Assembly: GCA_003427395.1 (NCBI GenBank) | Contig: BFEA01000040.1 | Span: 2,120,701-2,184,700 of the forward strand | DNA length: 64,000 bases | Origin: Chara braunii | Lineage: Eukaryota > Plantae > Charophyceae | Reading direction: 5' to 3' | Shown: positions 62,947 to 64,000 of the stretch, one piece after another | How the letters are laid out: each line of letters starts with the position of its first letter | Position numbering within the stretch: the stretch's first letter is position 1 | Program-made: the position numbers and the translations under genes | The notes under the pieces: model-generated | Databases searched by the model: none | What the model was told of the DNA's origin: nothing | What the model saw: the letters and a program-made list of their open reading frames with translations, nothing else

Positions 62947-63549
62947 ACGGACCGCCCGCACCGCGGACCGAGCGCCAAACACTGATGTGCCTGCATCTGG
63001 CTGTGTTCTACCGGAAAGCTCGTTCCGACCCAAAAAAACTGCAAAAAAAATGTGTCTTTTTTGTATTTCGTTTTTTCTCTTGTCTTTTTTTGTTTGTATC
63101 TTTTCGGACCGACGCAAAAAAAAATGCAAATACATGGGAAAAAAAACGAAAAGTTTTTTGTTTTTTTTCGAAAACTAAATGAAAACAACAGGCAAAAAAA
63201 GGAAACAAAACGACACGCCAGAACGAAAAATACAAAACAAAATGTTTTTATTTTTTTTAGAATACGAAACACACACACAAAAAAAAAGGGGGGCCAGACA
63301 CAAACCGACATGGAAATGCTATCCGACGGCGGGCGCGTCAAGAATCATCCGCATCGGCGCTCGCCGTGTACTCGGCCCCGTAGGTGCGCTCTCTCGTTTA
63401 GTGGTGCGCTGTGAACAATTCGGTACGTGCACCACTCTGCACGCCCACCGCCCTCGATCGCCTTCCTCCGCCGGCCCACACTGAAACTTCGACCCGATTC
63501 CGGCGTGCAGCGGACTATCGACCTCCCCCCCGAGGCCAATGCTGCTTAA

Positions 63550-63750
63550 ACCACCAGTACTTGGCCCAGCTATCGGCCGCGGCGCTTCCCCATTAACGCG
63601 CCGTGCCTGTCGGGCTTCGGGGTACCGGACCACAATGGCTGGAAGCGCCAGCCAAAAAAAAGTTGAAACGGCGCCCCGGCGGTTCGGCGAAACTTGGCGC
63701 GCAGGGGGTCGGCCGGCTCGGCATCGAAAGCTGGGCCAAGTACTGGTGGT
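63550..63750. mobile_element. TTAA-family MITE
   Basis: TTAA-ACCACCAGTACTTGGCCCAGCT ... AGCTGGGCCAAGTACTGGTGGT-TTAA; internally similar to 815-1002. Confidence 0.92.
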
Positions 63751-64000
63751 TTAAGGGGTAGGACATAGATATATATATATTTTTAAAGAGCAAACTTTAT
63801 TAGCAAAGCCGGGTAGTGGGGCCGGGGTCCCTCAGAAAGTTTGCCGCAGTACACAGGCTGAGCAAGGTCTTCCGACAAGCAGAGCAAGTGCTTGCTGGGA
63901 GATTCTTTGCTCTGGCAACAGAGTGAAATTTGCGGGGGGATACAGAGACAGACTCTAGAGAGTGATTGGGCATGGCCACACCATTCTTGAAATGTGCAAG

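Overview
Repeat-rich eukaryotic nuclear DNA with four N gaps and many microsatellites. The plant-type Tim17 points to a streptophyte/green-lineage genome (inference). The only intact host gene I recognise is a TIM17 with an intronless CDS (33732-34679, +). The rest is nested mobile DNA: decayed L1/Tx1-type LINE pieces, a decayed Helitron RepHel (59340-62070, -), a tRNA-derived SINE and several MITE families (TTAA-targeting, hAT-like, PIF/Harbinger-like). Main observations: (1) a near-canonical type III hammerhead ribozyme at 27734-27789; (2) a family of large TG...CA solo-LTR-like elements (16500-19447 and 52497-59273) with GCGT/GCGC 4-bp target duplications, a covarying 5' terminal hairpin and a shared, apparently structured ~210-nt 3' module; (3) removing the 6.8-kb element places an unknown ~2-kb decayed ORF 114 nt downstream of the Helitron RepHel stop; (4) a decayed reading frame with PD-(D/E)XK/HsdR-N-like motifs at 3288-4400; (5) a TTAA-targeting TIR family with ACC termini, confirmed by empty sites inside LINE coding sequence. 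All calls were made by eye, with no database search or folding software.
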